Below the pieces are notes generated by a model. That model was not told the DNA's origin and did no database searches. It saw only the letters and a program-made list of their open reading frames with translations. Of a DNA stretch of 64,000 nucleotides, positions 48,435 to 59,657 are shown one piece after another. How positions within the stretch are numbered: position 1 is the first letter of the stretch; every line of letters starts with the position of its first letter. Origin of the DNA: Synechococcus sp. (GTDB taxonomy: Bacteria > Cyanobacteriota > Cyanobacteriia > PCC-6307 > Cyanobiaceae); contig JBJBBR010000001.1 of the NCBI GenBank assembly GCA_047286205.1, forward strand, positions 517,373 through 581,372. Reading direction: 5' to 3'. The position numbers and the translations under genes are program-made.

Positions 48435-49787
48435 ATGGGCGGAGTCGAGTCGACCATTCAGGCGATCAATGGTCCCATCAACAGTGTCGTCTGGGGTTGG
48501 CCCACCGTCATCTTGATTGCCGCGACAGGCATTCTTCTGATGCTGGGGTTGCGCTTCATGCCGCTGAAACGCCTGGGGTATGGCATCTCGATGATGCTCC
48601 GCCCCTCTGCATCCCAGACCGAAGGAGAGATCACACCCTTTCAGGCGCTGATGACCTCCTTGTCGGCCACGATCGGCACGGGGAACATTGCCGGTGTTGC
48701 AGGTGCGATCGCAGTTGGCGGGCCTGGAGCGGTCTTCTGGATGTGGATCATCGCAATCTTCGGCATCGCGACCAAATACGCCGAAGCGGTGCTCGCCGTT
48801 CAGTTCCGTGAAACCGACTCGGAGGGCAATCATGTTGGTGGCCCGATGTATTACATCCGAAACGGCCTCGGCAGCGGCTGGAGCTGGATGGCTGGCCTGT
48901 TTGCCCTCTTCGGCATGTTGGCAGGATTCGGAATCGGCAATGGCGTCCAGGCCTTTGAGGTTTCGTCGGCATTGAGCCTGATCGGCATTCCGAAGCTGGT
49001 GACGGGAATCGTTCTGGCAGCACTCGTTTTTGCTGTTGTGATTGGAGGCATCAAGCGCATTGCCCAGGCAGCTTCCGCGATCGTTCCGTTGATGTCGATC
49101 CTCTACGTGGCGGCATGCCTGTTGGTGCTGCTGCTCAATCTCGGAAGCGTGCCTGAAGCCTTCACCACGATTTTCTCCAATGCCTTCTCCGGCAAAGCAG
49201 CCGTCGGCGGTGCTCTCGGTCAGGTGGTTCTGATGGGTTTCAAGCGGGGCATCTTCTCGAACGAGGCAGGCCTCGGGAGCGCACCGATCGCTCACGCGGC
49301 TGCCAAAACCGATGACCCCGTTCGACAGGGCACGGTGGCCATGCTGGGCACCTTCATCGACACCCTGATCATCTGCACGATGACCGCTCTCGTGATCATC
49401 ACCACCAAAGCCAATGTGATCCTCGATGCAGCCGGCGAAAAACTGAGCGGTGCGGACCTCTCCATTGCTGCTTTCAACACCGGGATGTCGGGCAGTGGCG
49501 TGGTGGTCACCCTGGGGTTGGTGGTCTTCGCCTTCACCACCATTTTGGGGTGGAGCTTCTACGGCGAGCGCTGCACCACCTACCTGTTCGGTGCTTCCGC
49601 CGTGATGCCCTTCCGTCTGGTTTGGGTGGCTGTCGTCGTCATCGGCGCTGTGGCTGGAGACCGTGGCGTGATCTGGTCGATTGCCGACACACTCAATGGC
49701 CTGATGGCTCTCCCCAACCTTGTGGCCTTGATCCTGCTTTCAGGAACGGTGTTCAAGCTCACCAAGGCCTACATCTTCAGCGACTAG
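48435..49787 (+). CDS. alanine/glycine:cation symporter (AGCS family)
   Basis: FQALMTSLSATIGTGNIAGVAGAIAVGGPGAVFWMWIIAIFGIATKYAE is the AGCS signature region. About 11 TM segments. Confidence 0.9.
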   Translation: MGGVESTIQAINGPINSVVWGWPTVILIAATGILLMLGLRFMPLKRLGYGISMMLRPSASQTEGEITPFQALMTSLSATIGTGNIAGVAGAIAVGGPGAVFWMWIIAIFGIATKYAEAVLAVQFRETDSEGNHVGGPMYYIRNGLGSGWSWMAGLFALFGMLAGFGIGNGVQAFEVSSALSLIGIPKLVTGIVLAALVFAVVIGGIKRIAQAASAIVPLMSILYVAACLLVLLLNLGSVPEAFTTIFSNAFSGKAAVGGALGQVVLMGFKRGIFSNEAGLGSAPIAHAAAKTDDPVRQGTVAMLGTFIDTLIICTMTALVIITTKANVILDAAGEKLSGADLSIAAFNTGMSGSGVVVTLGLVVFAFTTILGWSFYGERCTTYLFGASAVMPFRLVWVAVVVIGAVAGDRGVIWSIADTLNGLMALPNLVALILLSGTVFKLTKAYIFSD

Positions 49788-49800
49788 CCGCGCCAAACGA

Positions 49801-49842
49801 ACAACAAAAAAGGGGGGCTAACAGCCCCCCTTTTTTGTTGTC
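49801..49842. terminator. bidirectional intrinsic terminator between convergent genes
   Basis: ACAACAAAAAA-GGGGGGCT-AAC-AGCCCCCC-TTTTTTGTTGT is a perfect palindrome with an A-run and a T-run on either side. Confidence 0.8.
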
Positions 49843-49854
49843 AAATAATCAGCC

Positions 49855-50079
49855 CTAACCAGGCAACGGAGTGACGGACTGGAGCTTTTCATTGAGCTGC
49901 ATGGCCAGACTCTGGCGTCCCACAGCCAAAACCTTGAGGGTGTCTTCGTGCATCCGCAGCTGAGCATCGGCAACCTGCATTCCACGCACAAGTTCCTTGA
50001 GCTCATCGGGAAGAGTATTGAGGTCGTAGCGCTTGCCCTCAAAGGTCAGCACAGGATTGTTAGCTGCAGAGTCAGTCAT
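49855..50079 (-). CDS. hypothetical protein (74 aa)
   Basis: MTDSAANNPVLTFEGKRYDLNTLPDELKELVRGMQVADAQLRMHEDTLKVL... Alternative ATG at 50100. The track start would overlap the ABC exporter. Confidence 0.45.
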   Translation of the reverse strand: MTDSAANNPVLTFEGKRYDLNTLPDELKELVRGMQVADAQLRMHEDTLKVLAVGRQSLAMQLNEKLQSVTPLPG

Positions 50080-50128
50080 TGTTCGTCGCCGAGATTGCAT
50101 GGACGCACCGCGCAGATCGTAGTGGGAT

Positions 50129-51874
50129 TCAGCACTTTTGCCGATCTCGGATGAACTGCCGTTCGCACAACTCGCGATAACGACCACCGCGCTGCATCAG
50201 CTCATCGTGGGTTCCTCGATCGACAACAGCCCCTTGCTCAAGAACCACGATGCGATCGGCCTCCTGCACCGTCGCCAGCCGGTGGGCGATGACCAACACC
50301 GTTCGTCCTTTCATCGCCTGCTTCAAGCCGAGTTGTACCGCAGCCTCCGCTTCAGCATCGAGAGCACTTGTGGCTTCATCGAGCAGCAAAAGCGCTGGAT
50401 TGCCCAGCACCGCCCGCGCAATGGCGATCCGCTGCAGTTGTCCACCGGAGACGTTGGTCCCCCGTTCCTCCAGCTGGGTGTCGTAGCCATGGGGTAAAGC
50501 ACGGATGAAATCGTCGGCATTGGCCAAACGCGCTGCATCGCGAACCTCCTCATCCGTCGCGCGACGCCCGAACCGGATCGCTTCGGCAATCGTTCCGGAG
50601 AACACTGTCGTTCGCTGGGGAACCAGAGCCACCTGCTGACGCAGCTCACGGGAGCGCATCAGGCTGATGTCGATGCCGTCGAGACGGATCTGCCCCTGTT
50701 GCACCGTGTTGAATCGCATCAGGAGAGACAGCAGGGTGCTTTTGCCAGCACCGGAAGGGCCAACGATGGCCAGCACCTGGCCCGCATCCACTCGCAGGTC
50801 CAGCTGATGCAGAACCGGCACAGCAGGGTCATAGCCAAAGCTCACCTGGTCAAAGACCAGATCACCCTGAAGGGCACCAATGGATTGCGCCTCAGCCGGA
50901 TCAGCAGCCTCCTGAGGCTCCCGCTCGATCTGGCGCAGGCGTCGCAGCGACGCCTGACCCTGCTGAAATTCGTTGAAGTTGTTGGTGACGTGCGCAATGG
51001 GATCGATCAGCACGATCAGTCCCGTCAGATAACTGCTCAGCCCAGCAATGCTCAGATCACCGGTCTGAATCCGCCAGGCACCGAGTGCCAACACGGCAAA
51101 AAGACCCACCACCTCGATGATGCCGACCACCGGATGCTGGAGCGCAACGAGGCTGTAGGTGCGGTGGCGGGCCTGCCGGTGCTGGTCGATCTCTGTCTCG
51201 AAGCGATCCTGCAGCCAGGGCTCAGCGGCAAAAGCACGCACCAAAGGCAAACCTTCGATGGCCTCCCCCAGAAGACCGGCCAGTTCACTCACCTTTTTCT
51301 GACTGCGTTCAGTAGCCGCCATCACGCGAGCACCAAACAGACTGATCAGCCAGACAATCACAGGCGCCAGCAACAGGATGGCGAACGTCAGTTTCCAGTC
51401 GAGCCAGAGCATCATCCCCAGCACCGCAAGGAGCTGAAGCACGCTGGGGACCGTGTCGTGGATGGTCTTGTAGAGCACCTCGCTGACACGATCAGCGTCT
51501 TCGGTGAAGCGGTAGGTGAGGTCACCGGCCGAGAGCTTCTCAAGCGCACCGAGTTCGACGGTCTGGAGTCGACGGAACAGATCGCGCCGCAAGTCTTGGC
51601 TCACCAGCAGTGCAGGCCCGGCAAGGAGAGAGTCCTGACCGAACTGGGCGATCTTCTGAACAGCAAAGATCAGCAACGCCAGCCCAATCAGCTGAAGCAC
51701 GCGAGCGAGGTCACCCGATCCCAAGGCCGGAAACAACTCCCCAGCCAGCTGCACGAGCAGCGGGAAACTTCCGACGTAAACAATCATGCAGCAGCCACCC
51801 CAGAGCAATTCCCGCAGGTGGGGGCGGAGCAGCGGCAGCAACCGGCGGAAACCGGCCTGAGATGGGGTCAGCAT
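50129..51874 (-). CDS. ABC exporter, fused permease/ATPase (MsbA-like)
   Basis: Six-TM N-domain, Walker A GPSGAGKST, signature VSGGQLQRIAIARAV, Walker B LLLDEATSALD. Confidence 0.9.
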   Translation of the reverse strand: MLTPSQAGFRRLLPLLRPHLRELLWGGCCMIVYVGSFPLLVQLAGELFPALGSGDLARVLQLIGLALLIFAVQKIAQFGQDSLLAGPALLVSQDLRRDLFRRLQTVELGALEKLSAGDLTYRFTEDADRVSEVLYKTIHDTVPSVLQLLAVLGMMLWLDWKLTFAILLLAPVIVWLISLFGARVMAATERSQKKVSELAGLLGEAIEGLPLVRAFAAEPWLQDRFETEIDQHRQARHRTYSLVALQHPVVGIIEVVGLFAVLALGAWRIQTGDLSIAGLSSYLTGLIVLIDPIAHVTNNFNEFQQGQASLRRLRQIEREPQEAADPAEAQSIGALQGDLVFDQVSFGYDPAVPVLHQLDLRVDAGQVLAIVGPSGAGKSTLLSLLMRFNTVQQGQIRLDGIDISLMRSRELRQQVALVPQRTTVFSGTIAEAIRFGRRATDEEVRDAARLANADDFIRALPHGYDTQLEERGTNVSGGQLQRIAIARAVLGNPALLLLDEATSALDAEAEAAVQLGLKQAMKGRTVLVIAHRLATVQEADRIVVLEQGAVVDRGTHDELMQRGGRYRELCERQFIRDRQKC

Positions 51875-51913
51875 CGCGGCACAGTATCAATGGTGAGCTC
51901 AGAACTCTCTCCA

Positions 51914-52111
51914 ATGAAGCTGGATCAGTTCCTGAAATGGAAGGGTTGGGTCTCCACCGGTGGGGAAGCAAAGCAACGCATTCAGATGGGTGAGGTGGTG
52001 GTGAATGGAAGCGTTGAAACCCGGCGAGGACGGCAGCTTTCCCCGGGCGATCGGGTTGTGCTTGCTGGGGAGGAGTCCGTTGTGGGGAGCGAAAACGCGA
52101 CCGGGCCGTAA
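51914..52111 (+). CDS. S4-domain RNA-binding protein (YbcJ-like)
   Basis: [48 protein letters not shown]. Read from the 3' end of the spurious 470-aa track ORF. Confidence 0.7.
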   Translation: MKLDQFLKWKGWVSTGGEAKQRIQMGEVVVNGSVETRRGRQLSPGDRVVLAGEESVVGSENATGP

Positions 52112-52128
52112 GTTGGCTCCCACATTCC

Positions 52129-52875
52129 ATGGGGAAGCAAGGCGTGCGCAGACCGGTGATCGCTGGCAACTGGAAGATGCACATGACCTGTGCCCAGTCG
52201 CGGGAGTTCATGGAAGCCTTCCTGCCATTGGTTGCTGACACCCCTGACGACCGTGACCTGGTGCTAGCACCGCCCTTCACGGCGCTGTCGACGATGGCAG
52301 AACTCAGCCAGAACTCACGCCTTTGCCTCTCCAGCCAGAACGTGCACTGGGAGGGCCAAGGCGCCTTCACTGGAGAGATCTCTCCAGCGATGCTCAAGGA
52401 GCACGGGGTGACCCACACGATCGTGGGCCACAGCGAACCTCGGAAATATTTCAGTGAAAGCGACGAGCAGATCAACCATCGGGCCAGGTCATCCCAGTCC
52501 AACGGTCTGATTCCGATCGTCTGTGTAGGGGAAAGCGATGAGCAACGCGAACGAGGTGAAGCCGAACGGGTGATCAGGCGCCAGATTGAGCAGGGTCTGG
52601 AAGGCCTCGATGCCGACAAGTTGGTGGTGGCTTACGAACCAATCTGGGCAATCGGAACGGGCAAAACCTGCGAAGCAGAAGAAGCCAACCGCATTTGCGG
52701 ACTGATTCGAAGCTGGGTGGGGTCCCCAGATCTCGTGATCCAGTACGGCGGGTCGGTCAAACCCACCAACATCGATCAGTTGATGGGTATGAGTGATATC
52801 GACGGGGTGCTGGTGGGTGGAGCCTCCCTGGAGCCCGAGAGCTTTGCGCGCATTGCGAACTATCGAGCCTCTTAA
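52129..52875 (+). CDS. tpiA: triosephosphate isomerase
   Basis: [15 protein letters not shown]-like [19 protein letters not shown]. Confidence 0.95.
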   Translation: MGKQGVRRPVIAGNWKMHMTCAQSREFMEAFLPLVADTPDDRDLVLAPPFTALSTMAELSQNSRLCLSSQNVHWEGQGAFTGEISPAMLKEHGVTHTIVGHSEPRKYFSESDEQINHRARSSQSNGLIPIVCVGESDEQRERGEAERVIRRQIEQGLEGLDADKLVVAYEPIWAIGTGKTCEAEEANRICGLIRSWVGSPDLVIQYGGSVKPTNIDQLMGMSDIDGVLVGGASLEPESFARIANYRAS

Positions 52876-52918
52876 TTCAGGGGTCTGGCCCCAGGGCTGG
52901 CGTCAACGCACAGCAGTG

Positions 52919-53698
52919 ATGGGGGTGATCAACGTCACCCCAGACTCCTTCAGTGATGGAGGAACATTCCTGGCGAGCGAACGTGCTCTAGCCGAAGCCC
53001 AGAGGCAACTCAAGAAGGGTGCTGACGTCTTGGATCTGGGGGCCCAGAGCACCCGGCCTGGCGCCGAAGAAGTTGGCGCCGAGGAGGAATTGCGCAGGCT
53101 TCTTCCAGCGCTGAAAGCCATCAGAGAACGCTGCCCGGATGCCCTCATCTCGATCGACACGTTTCTCGCCCCTGTTGCCGCAAAAGCACTCGAGGCAGGT
53201 GCCAACTGGATCAATGATGTAACCGGTGGCAGGCGAGACCCCGATCTGCTCCGAGTGGTCGCCGATGCGGGCTGTCCGGTGGTGCTAATGCACAGCCGCG
53301 GCGACAGCCAAACCATGGATCAACTCACGACCTACTCCGATGTGGTGGCGGATGTAAAAGAGGCGTTAGAGGCGCGAAGTGAGGCCGCCATCCAGGCCGG
53401 CGTTCAGGAGCGCCAGATCATCTGGGATCCAGGTCTCGGTTTTGCCAAGACCCACGAGCAAAACCTGCAACTGCTGCGAGATCTGGAACAACTCACCGAA
53501 GGACCACGCCCGGTGCTGATCGGCCCTTCAAGAAAGCGCTTTATTGGTGCCGTGCTCGACGAACCGAGACCCAAGGCACGGCTCTGGGGGACCGCTGCTG
53601 TGGCCTGCCGCTGTGCTCAGGCCGGTGCTTCCGTACTGCGGGTACACGATGTGGGCCCGATCAGCCAGACGCTCCGCATGGCATCGGCACTGTGGTGA
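52919..53698 (+). CDS. folP: dihydropteroate synthase
   Basis: MGVINVTPDSFSDGG, DLGAQSTRPG, INDVTGG. The true start is probably upstream: in-frame TTG at 52844/52853 or ATG at 52793 overlapping tpiA. Confidence 0.9.
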   Translation: MGVINVTPDSFSDGGTFLASERALAEAQRQLKKGADVLDLGAQSTRPGAEEVGAEEELRRLLPALKAIRERCPDALISIDTFLAPVAAKALEAGANWINDVTGGRRDPDLLRVVADAGCPVVLMHSRGDSQTMDQLTTYSDVVADVKEALEARSEAAIQAGVQERQIIWDPGLGFAKTHEQNLQLLRDLEQLTEGPRPVLIGPSRKRFIGAVLDEPRPKARLWGTAAVACRCAQAGASVLRVHDVGPISQTLRMASALW

Positions 53699-53767
53699 AA
53701 GAAAAGCAGGTGGAATGTTCCTTTTCACAGGTATAATCACGAATCAAGAGCATCAAACTTGACCTAA

Positions 53768-54574
53768 AACAACAAACAAAACACAATTAGAACAAGTCAA
53801 TCAATTAACGAAACCTCCGTCATCGAACACTCAAGAAACTCGCAAAAAAAAGACTTAGATACATTATTTATCGTTGCGGGGTGCGCTGGGGCCGGAAAAT
53901 CAACAATTATTAGATCAGCATATCTCTTGGATATCCCGTTATTCGGAGACGATTTTCACCAGAAGTTCCTGACGACCTGCAGAAGTCCAAACTTTGAGGA
54001 GCTTAAAAAGTATTCCGAAGCAAGACAACACGGATCAATTTTTCAGGCACGACACCTAAGCAACCTGGCACGAGACCCATCACCACCAGATTCGCTGCTG
54101 CTGCACGTAGACCTGAAGGGAGTAGTAAGGGTACTGGGCCACGCCGCAGGCTCAAAGCGCGACAAGAAACGAATCGAAAAAATAACAACTCCTCCGATAT
54201 CGCAGTCAAAAATGATCGACCCGGAGACCTGCGATCTGATGACATCAAGCTATCTCCGAAATCCACTATTCAAACGTTTCAAAAAAATCCTCATCAACAC
54301 AGTTTTTACAAATTTTACAGACAATGCAGACCAACTCCTTAGAAGGAAATTCCCTCCAGGAACCACGGAAAAAATAGCAAGAGAATGGCGGACCCTTGGC
54401 TTCAAAACAGCCGAATTAGCGCAAGAATTCCACAACGAAGCCTATAAATCATGGGAGAGAAACCTACACATCTTAAAGCCGGAAAAAATATTTTTCACAA
54501 AAGTAGCCCCTTCAGGAGACCTTCTAATTAACAACAACATAGCTTGCAAAAGCTGGAAAGAAAAAGCTCTTTAA
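53768..54574 (+). CDS. orphan P-loop protein in a low-GC islet (start unresolved; possibly degraded)
   Basis: Stop-to-stop open frame. Walker-A-like LFIVAGCAGAGKSTII is encoded at 53864-53911, but the first ATG/GTG/TTG in frame is TTG 53927. Strongly AT-rich compared with its flanks. Confidence 0.45.
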   Translation, partial: NNKQNTIRTSQSINETSVIEHSRNSQKKDLDTLFIVAGCAGAGKSTIIRSAYLLDIPLFGDDFHQKFLTTCRSPNFEELKKYSEARQHGSIFQARHLSNLARDPSPPDSLLLHVDLKGVVRVLGHAAGSKRDKKRIEKITTPPISQSKMIDPETCDLMTSSYLRNPLFKRFKKILINTVFTNFTDNADQLLRRKFPPGTTEKIAREWRTLGFKTAELAQEFHNEAYKSWERNLHILKPEKIFFTKVAPSGDLLINNNIACKSWKEKAL

Positions 54575-54685
54575 TAGCAGCACACACAACGAAATCACTA
54601 GAAAGCCAAGGGCATTCAATTGAACGCCTCTCGGCCTCTAACTGGAAATCGCAATTAACTTTTAACGATGATCAACTAGCGAAGG

Positions 54686-57600
54686 CTAATCAACAACAAC
54701 ACCCTCAATTCGATCTTCAACCTCTTGGTATAGCTCCTGGAGCTGCTCGATATTTTCATCCGAGGTCTCCCAATATCCTCGTCCATGCACCTCAAGAAGC
54801 GTACCCACGATCTGGCGGAAGCTGTTGGGGTTCAGCTCCAATAGACGCTTGCGCATCTCCGGATCATTGATAAAGGTCTCGTTGGCTTCTTCGTAGACGA
54901 AATTGTCAACGGCACCACTGGTAGCACTCCAACCAAGGGTGAAGTTGAGGCGCTTTGCCACCTCACGCACACCCTCATAACCGGAGTCGAGCATGCCCTC
55001 GTACCACTTCGGATTCAGCAACTTGGTGCGTGAATCAAGGCGGATGGTTTCACTCAGTGACCGCACCTGGGCATTGGCGGTGGTGGTGTCAGCGATATAG
55101 CTGGTGGGTTCTTTGCCGTCATCCCGAAGACCAGCAATCAACTTGGTGGGGTCGGAATCGAAATAATGGCTCACATCGGTGAGAGAGATCTCGGCGGAAT
55201 CCAAGTTCTGGAAAGTGACATCGGCCGTCTTCATCACGTTCTCGAACACCTCTCGCTTTTGATTCATCTCCCCGGGATTGTCGGCATTGAAGGCAAAGGT
55301 CTTCCGAGAGAGATACATCTCTTGGAGTTCACCTTCCTCTTCCCAGGTGCTGTTCTCAACAGCGAGATTCACATTGGAGCTGTAGCTACCGCTGGCATTG
55401 GAGAACACCCGGCAGGCGGCATCACGAAGGGTTGTGCCCTCCTTCTCTGCCTGCTCCAAGGCATGCTTGCGCACGAAGTTCTGCTCTAGGGGTTCATCCG
55501 CCTCCGCCGCCATTTTCACGGCCTGGTCGATGAGCGCCATCTGGTTGATGAACAGATCACGGAACACGCCGGAACAATTCACCACGACGTCAACCCGGGG
55601 GCGTCCGAGCTCCTCGAGGGGAATTAACTCAAGCTTGTTGACCCGACCGACGGAGTCGGGCATCGGCTTGACACCGACAAACCAGAGGATCTGGGCCAGA
55701 GATTCGCCGTAGGTCTTGATGTTGTCGGTTCCCCAGAGGACGCAGGCAATGGTTTCAGGCCAGGTGCCCTGCTCCTCGCGCTGGCGCTCAATCAATTTGT
55801 CAACAACACTCTTTGCTGCAGCAACCGCGGCACGAGTAGGAATCGCCTGGGGATCCAGCGCATGAATGTTCTTGCCGCTGGGGAGCACACCTGGATTACG
55901 AATCGGGTCACCACCGGGGCCCGGAAGGATGTACTCACCATCGAGAGCCTTCAGCAGACTCTCCATCTCCATGTCTGCACACACCTGTTCAAGGCAGAAG
56001 CGCAGATAGGCGAAGAGTTGGTCGAGCTCTGTGGCGTCGATCTGGACAAAACCGGCAGAGCAACAGGCTCGCAGCCAGGGGGAGGGAAGCTTGAAGCCGA
56101 ACTTGGCGAGCAGGTCGTAGAACCAGCCAAAGCTGTTACGGAGGCTGACGCGACCGTCGCGACCGGTGAGAGTGCGCACCATGGCCCCGATCGCCGCACG
56201 GGATGTCTCGGTAATCGTTCGATTGAGCTCGACGTCAGCGAGGACACCTTCGTCGTTGCCTTTGTAGACGTCTTCAATGGATCGGCCCATCGCCTCGGCC
56301 AAGAGGCCAGGCAGGGAGCGAAGGCCATCCTCCTCGCGCTCGAGAGCAGCAATGTTCACCAGGGTGGCAATGGCTTCCTCCGCAGTGGGAGGCTTGCCGA
56401 TGGTGTGCAGGCCACAGGGCAGAAGACGGCTTTCGATCTCCATCAACTGGCGGTAGACGGCACCCACTAGGGCATCGCGACCTTCCAGTTCGAGGGTGGA
56501 GGCATCGTCTTGAGGAAGATCGACATCCTTGTCAAGGTTGCACTGACGTGCCGTCTCAATGATGGTGTTGACGATCTGGACGCCGCGTCCCCCTTCACGC
56601 AACTGTTGATAAGAACCAACCAGTTCACCCAGTTCCTTCAAACCCTTGTAAAGGCCTGCATTTTCAGCAGGCGGAGTGAGGTAGCTGATGGTTGAGGCGT
56701 AGCCACGGCGCTTGGCGATGGTGGCTTCCGAAGGGTTATTAGCGGCGTAGTAATAGAGGTTGGGGAGAGCGCCGATCAGTGAATCGGGATAGCAGGTTTC
56801 GCTCATACCCATCTGCTTGCCGGGCATGAACTCCAGGGAGCCGTGGGTGCCGAAGTGGAGCACCGCGTCAGCCTTCCAGATCTTCTGCAGATAGGTGTAG
56901 TAGGCAGCGAAACCGTGGTGGGGGCTTGCACTGCGGGAGTAGAGCAAGCGCATCGGGTCACCTTCGTAGCCGAAGGTGGGCTGAACCCCGACGAAAACGT
57001 TGCCGAAGTGGCGACCGAAGACCAACAGGTTCTGGCCATCGCTGTTGAGGTTGCCGGGGGGCTTGCCCCAGTTCTCTTCAAGCCTTTCGGAATACGGAGT
57101 AAGGCGTTCGTATTCCTCAACGCTCATCCGGTGGGCAATGGAGAGTTCAGGAGACCCTTGCATCGCATCGGCGTCGTTGATGACTGCCTCGAGCAGCTCT
57201 CGAGGGGTCGAAGGCAGGTCATGCACGTCGTAGCCCTTCGCCTTCATCTCCTGCATCACCCGATGGATGGAACCGAAAACGTCGAGATAGGCGGCAGTGC
57301 CGACATTGCCCTTGTCGGGAGGGAAGCTGAACACCGTGATCGCCAGCTTCTTTTCATTGCGGGGCTTGATGCGCAGGGATGACCAACGGATGGCCCGCTC
57401 TGCGATTGCGTCAACCCGGTCTTGGAGGGTGTGAGCCTTGCCAGTGGCATCATCGCGACCCGACAAAACGATGGGCTCAATGGCTCCATCCAGTTCCGGA
57501 ATAGCGATCTGCAACGCCACCTGCACCGGGTGAAGGCCGAGGTCGCTCTGTTCCCACTCCTGGGTGGTTTGGAAGACGAGGGGAAGCGCCACCATGTAGG

Positions 57601-58696
57601 GGCGGTTGAGCTTCTTCAGAGACTCAATGGCTTTCGGGTGATCCTGCCGGGCAGGACCTCCGACGAGCGCAAAGCCCGTAAGGGAGACGATGCCGTCCAC
57701 CGACGGTTGCTCGGGGTTCAGTGGGTCGTAGAAGAAGGCATTGACCGGCTTGGAGAAATCGAGGCCTCCGCAGAAGATCGGAATCACGCGAGCGCCACGG
57801 AACTCCAGCTCCTGAATGGTGGCGACGTAGTGAGCGTCATCACCAGTAACGATGTGGCTGCGCTGCAGCACCAGGCCGATCACTGGCCCTTTGCGGGCTT
57901 CCTCAGACAGATCGGTGCGGCTGGATGTCCAGTTCAGGTACTCCTTGAGGTCCTCGAACATCGAGGGAGCCAATGGGTGCCAGATGCCGAGATCTGGGAA
58001 GACCTCTGGTTCAGCAACCTCCATGGCCGGACGCTCATCCCCTTCCGATGCAGGGAAGACGTACTTGTCCGCCAGCATCAGCAGGAAATTGCGCAGGTTG
58101 TCGGGCGTCCCCCCCAGCCAGTACTGGAAGCTGAGCATGAAGCTGCGCGCGTCCTGCGCTTTCTCAACGGGCAGGTATTTGAGAACGGTGGGCAGCGTGT
58201 TCAGCAGCTTGAGCATCGCGTCCTGGAAACCGGCGCCTCCTGCTTGCTTCCGCTTTTTCATGAAGCCGGCAATGGCACTCTTGCTCTGACCGAGCTGTGC
58301 CATCGAGAAGCTACCCAGCTTGTTCAGCCGCATCACCTCCGGCATGGAGGGGAAAACAACGGCAGCTTTCAAGCTGTCGCGATGGGGAGCCACCGCATCC
58401 ACCACCTTTTGCGCAAGATCTTCGATGAAGATCAGCGATGCAACAAACACATCCGCCTGAGCTACATCGGAGCAGAAATCGGCGTAGTTGTTGTCATCAC
58501 GCAGCTCCTCGATCAGGTAGCCGCTTAGCTCGATTCCGAGATCTCCACCCGCCGCATTCAAGGCAGTAGCCGCTTGGGTGAGGGCGTTCTGGTATTGGGG
58601 CTCCAGGACCACGTAAACCGCCTTCATGACGGATTTGTGGCTCTGACCCTCCACAGGAGCAACGCGGCGATCGGCGGAGCGGACCTGTGTGAACAT
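54686..58696 (-). CDS. chlH: magnesium chelatase subunit H
   Basis: About 1336 aa, with CobN/ChlH-type sequence throughout. Start at [11 protein letters not shown]. Confidence 0.95.
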   Translation of the reverse strand: MFTQVRSADRRVAPVEGQSHKSVMKAVYVVLEPQYQNALTQAATALNAAGGDLGIELSGYLIEELRDDNNYADFCSDVAQADVFVASLIFIEDLAQKVVDAVAPHRDSLKAAVVFPSMPEVMRLNKLGSFSMAQLGQSKSAIAGFMKKRKQAGGAGFQDAMLKLLNTLPTVLKYLPVEKAQDARSFMLSFQYWLGGTPDNLRNFLLMLADKYVFPASEGDERPAMEVAEPEVFPDLGIWHPLAPSMFEDLKEYLNWTSSRTDLSEEARKGPVIGLVLQRSHIVTGDDAHYVATIQELEFRGARVIPIFCGGLDFSKPVNAFFYDPLNPEQPSVDGIVSLTGFALVGGPARQDHPKAIESLKKLNRPYMVALPLVFQTTQEWEQSDLGLHPVQVALQIAIPELDGAIEPIVLSGRDDATGKAHTLQDRVDAIAERAIRWSSLRIKPRNEKKLAITVFSFPPDKGNVGTAAYLDVFGSIHRVMQEMKAKGYDVHDLPSTPRELLEAVINDADAMQGSPELSIAHRMSVEEYERLTPYSERLEENWGKPPGNLNSDGQNLLVFGRHFGNVFVGVQPTFGYEGDPMRLLYSRSASPHHGFAAYYTYLQKIWKADAVLHFGTHGSLEFMPGKQMGMSETCYPDSLIGALPNLYYYAANNPSEATIAKRRGYASTISYLTPPAENAGLYKGLKELGELVGSYQQLREGGRGVQIVNTIIETARQCNLDKDVDLPQDDASTLELEGRDALVGAVYRQLMEIESRLLPCGLHTIGKPPTAEEAIATLVNIAALEREEDGLRSLPGLLAEAMGRSIEDVYKGNDEGVLADVELNRTITETSRAAIGAMVRTLTGRDGRVSLRNSFGWFYDLLAKFGFKLPSPWLRACCSAGFVQIDATELDQLFAYLRFCLEQVCADMEMESLLKALDGEYILPGPGGDPIRNPGVLPSGKNIHALDPQAIPTRAAVAAAKSVVDKLIERQREEQGTWPETIACVLWGTDNIKTYGESLAQILWFVGVKPMPDSVGRVNKLELIPLEELGRPRVDVVVNCSGVFRDLFINQMALIDQAVKMAAEADEPLEQNFVRKHALEQAEKEGTTLRDAACRVFSNASGSYSSNVNLAVENSTWEEEGELQEMYLSRKTFAFNADNPGEMNQKREVFENVMKTADVTFQNLDSAEISLTDVSHYFDSDPTKLIAGLRDDGKEPTSYIADTTTANAQVRSLSETIRLDSRTKLLNPKWYEGMLDSGYEGVREVAKRLNFTLGWSATSGAVDNFVYEEANETFINDPEMRKRLLELNPNSFRQIVGTLLEVHGRGYWETSDENIEQLQELYQEVEDRIEGVVVD

Positions 58697-58813
58697 CTGG
58701 GCGCTTTGAGCAATGTGAAGAACCATACGGCGACTGCCCCGTGAGACGCGAGGATTTCTGATCGGCCGTTACACGAGTCGCCCCATAGGCTTTGGAGCGT
58801 CTGCTGCGCTTTC

Positions 58814-59647
58814 ATGACCGCTCCGATTCCCGTCGTTGTCGCCGGTGCCCTGGGGCGCATGGGGGCGGAGGTGATCAAGGCCGTGGTTGGTGCCGAGGAC
58901 TGCACCTTGGCCGGAGCAATTGACAACACACCCGGCAAAGAGGGCGCGGATGTTGGGCTGGAACTAGGCCTTGGCGAGCTGGAGGTGGCCGTCACCGCCG
59001 ATTTTGAGGGCTGCCTCTGCGCCGTGAGTCAGTCGGTGCGGGACAGCGGCAGCGGATCCGTGCTGGTGGACTTCACCCACCCCTCGGTTGTGTATGAGCA
59101 CACACGGGCGGCGATCGCCTATGGCGTTCACCCCGTGATCGGAACCACAGGGCTATCCCCTGAGCAACTCAAGGACCTCACTGAGTTTTCCGTTAAAGCC
59201 TCCGTGGGTGGGGCCGTGATCCCCAACTTTTCCGTGGGCATGGTGCTGCTGCAGCAGGCGGCAGCCGCAGCGGCGCGGTTCTATGACCATGCTGAACTGA
59301 CGGAACTGCACCACAACCGCAAGGCGGATGCCCCCAGCGGCACCTGCATCAAAACCGCTGAGTTGATGGAGGAACTGGGCAAGAGCTTCAATCCCGAGGA
59401 GGTGGACGAGCACGAATCTCTGGCAGGTTGCCGAGGCGGGCAACGGGAAAGTGGCCTGCGGCTGCACTCCGTGCGTCTGCCGGGGCTGGTGGCCCACCAG
59501 GAGGTGATGTTCGGTGCCCCCGGAGAGACCTACACCCTTCGTCACGACACGATCGATCGTTCCGCGTACATGCCTGGAGTGCTGCTCACAGTTCGCAAGG
59601 TGGGCAGCCTCGGCAGCCTTGTTTACGGCCTCGAGCGACTGATCTGA
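58814..59647 (+). CDS. dapB: 4-hydroxy-tetrahydrodipicolinate reductase
   Basis: [17 protein letters not shown](P) loop and [14 protein letters not shown] signature. Confidence 0.9.
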   Translation: MTAPIPVVVAGALGRMGAEVIKAVVGAEDCTLAGAIDNTPGKEGADVGLELGLGELEVAVTADFEGCLCAVSQSVRDSGSGSVLVDFTHPSVVYEHTRAAIAYGVHPVIGTTGLSPEQLKDLTEFSVKASVGGAVIPNFSVGMVLLQQAAAAAARFYDHAELTELHHNRKADAPSGTCIKTAELMEELGKSFNPEEVDEHESLAGCRGGQRESGLRLHSVRLPGLVAHQEVMFGAPGETYTLRHDTIDRSAYMPGVLLTVRKVGSLGSLVYGLERLI

Positions 59648-59657
59648 GAGCGACACC

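Noticed and set aside
57422-58528. 368-aa plus-strand ORF antisense to chlH. Similar long antisense ORFs occur at 20616-21716 (366 aa), 48195-49295 (366 aa), 50699-52111 (470 aa, 5' part), 44629-45300, 46985-47662 and 59153-59797.
   Set aside because: They lie entirely inside genes with unmistakable family motifs on the other strand. They have Arg/Gly/His-rich low-complexity composition typical of stop-free antisense frames in high-GC DNA, and they show no recognisable motifs.
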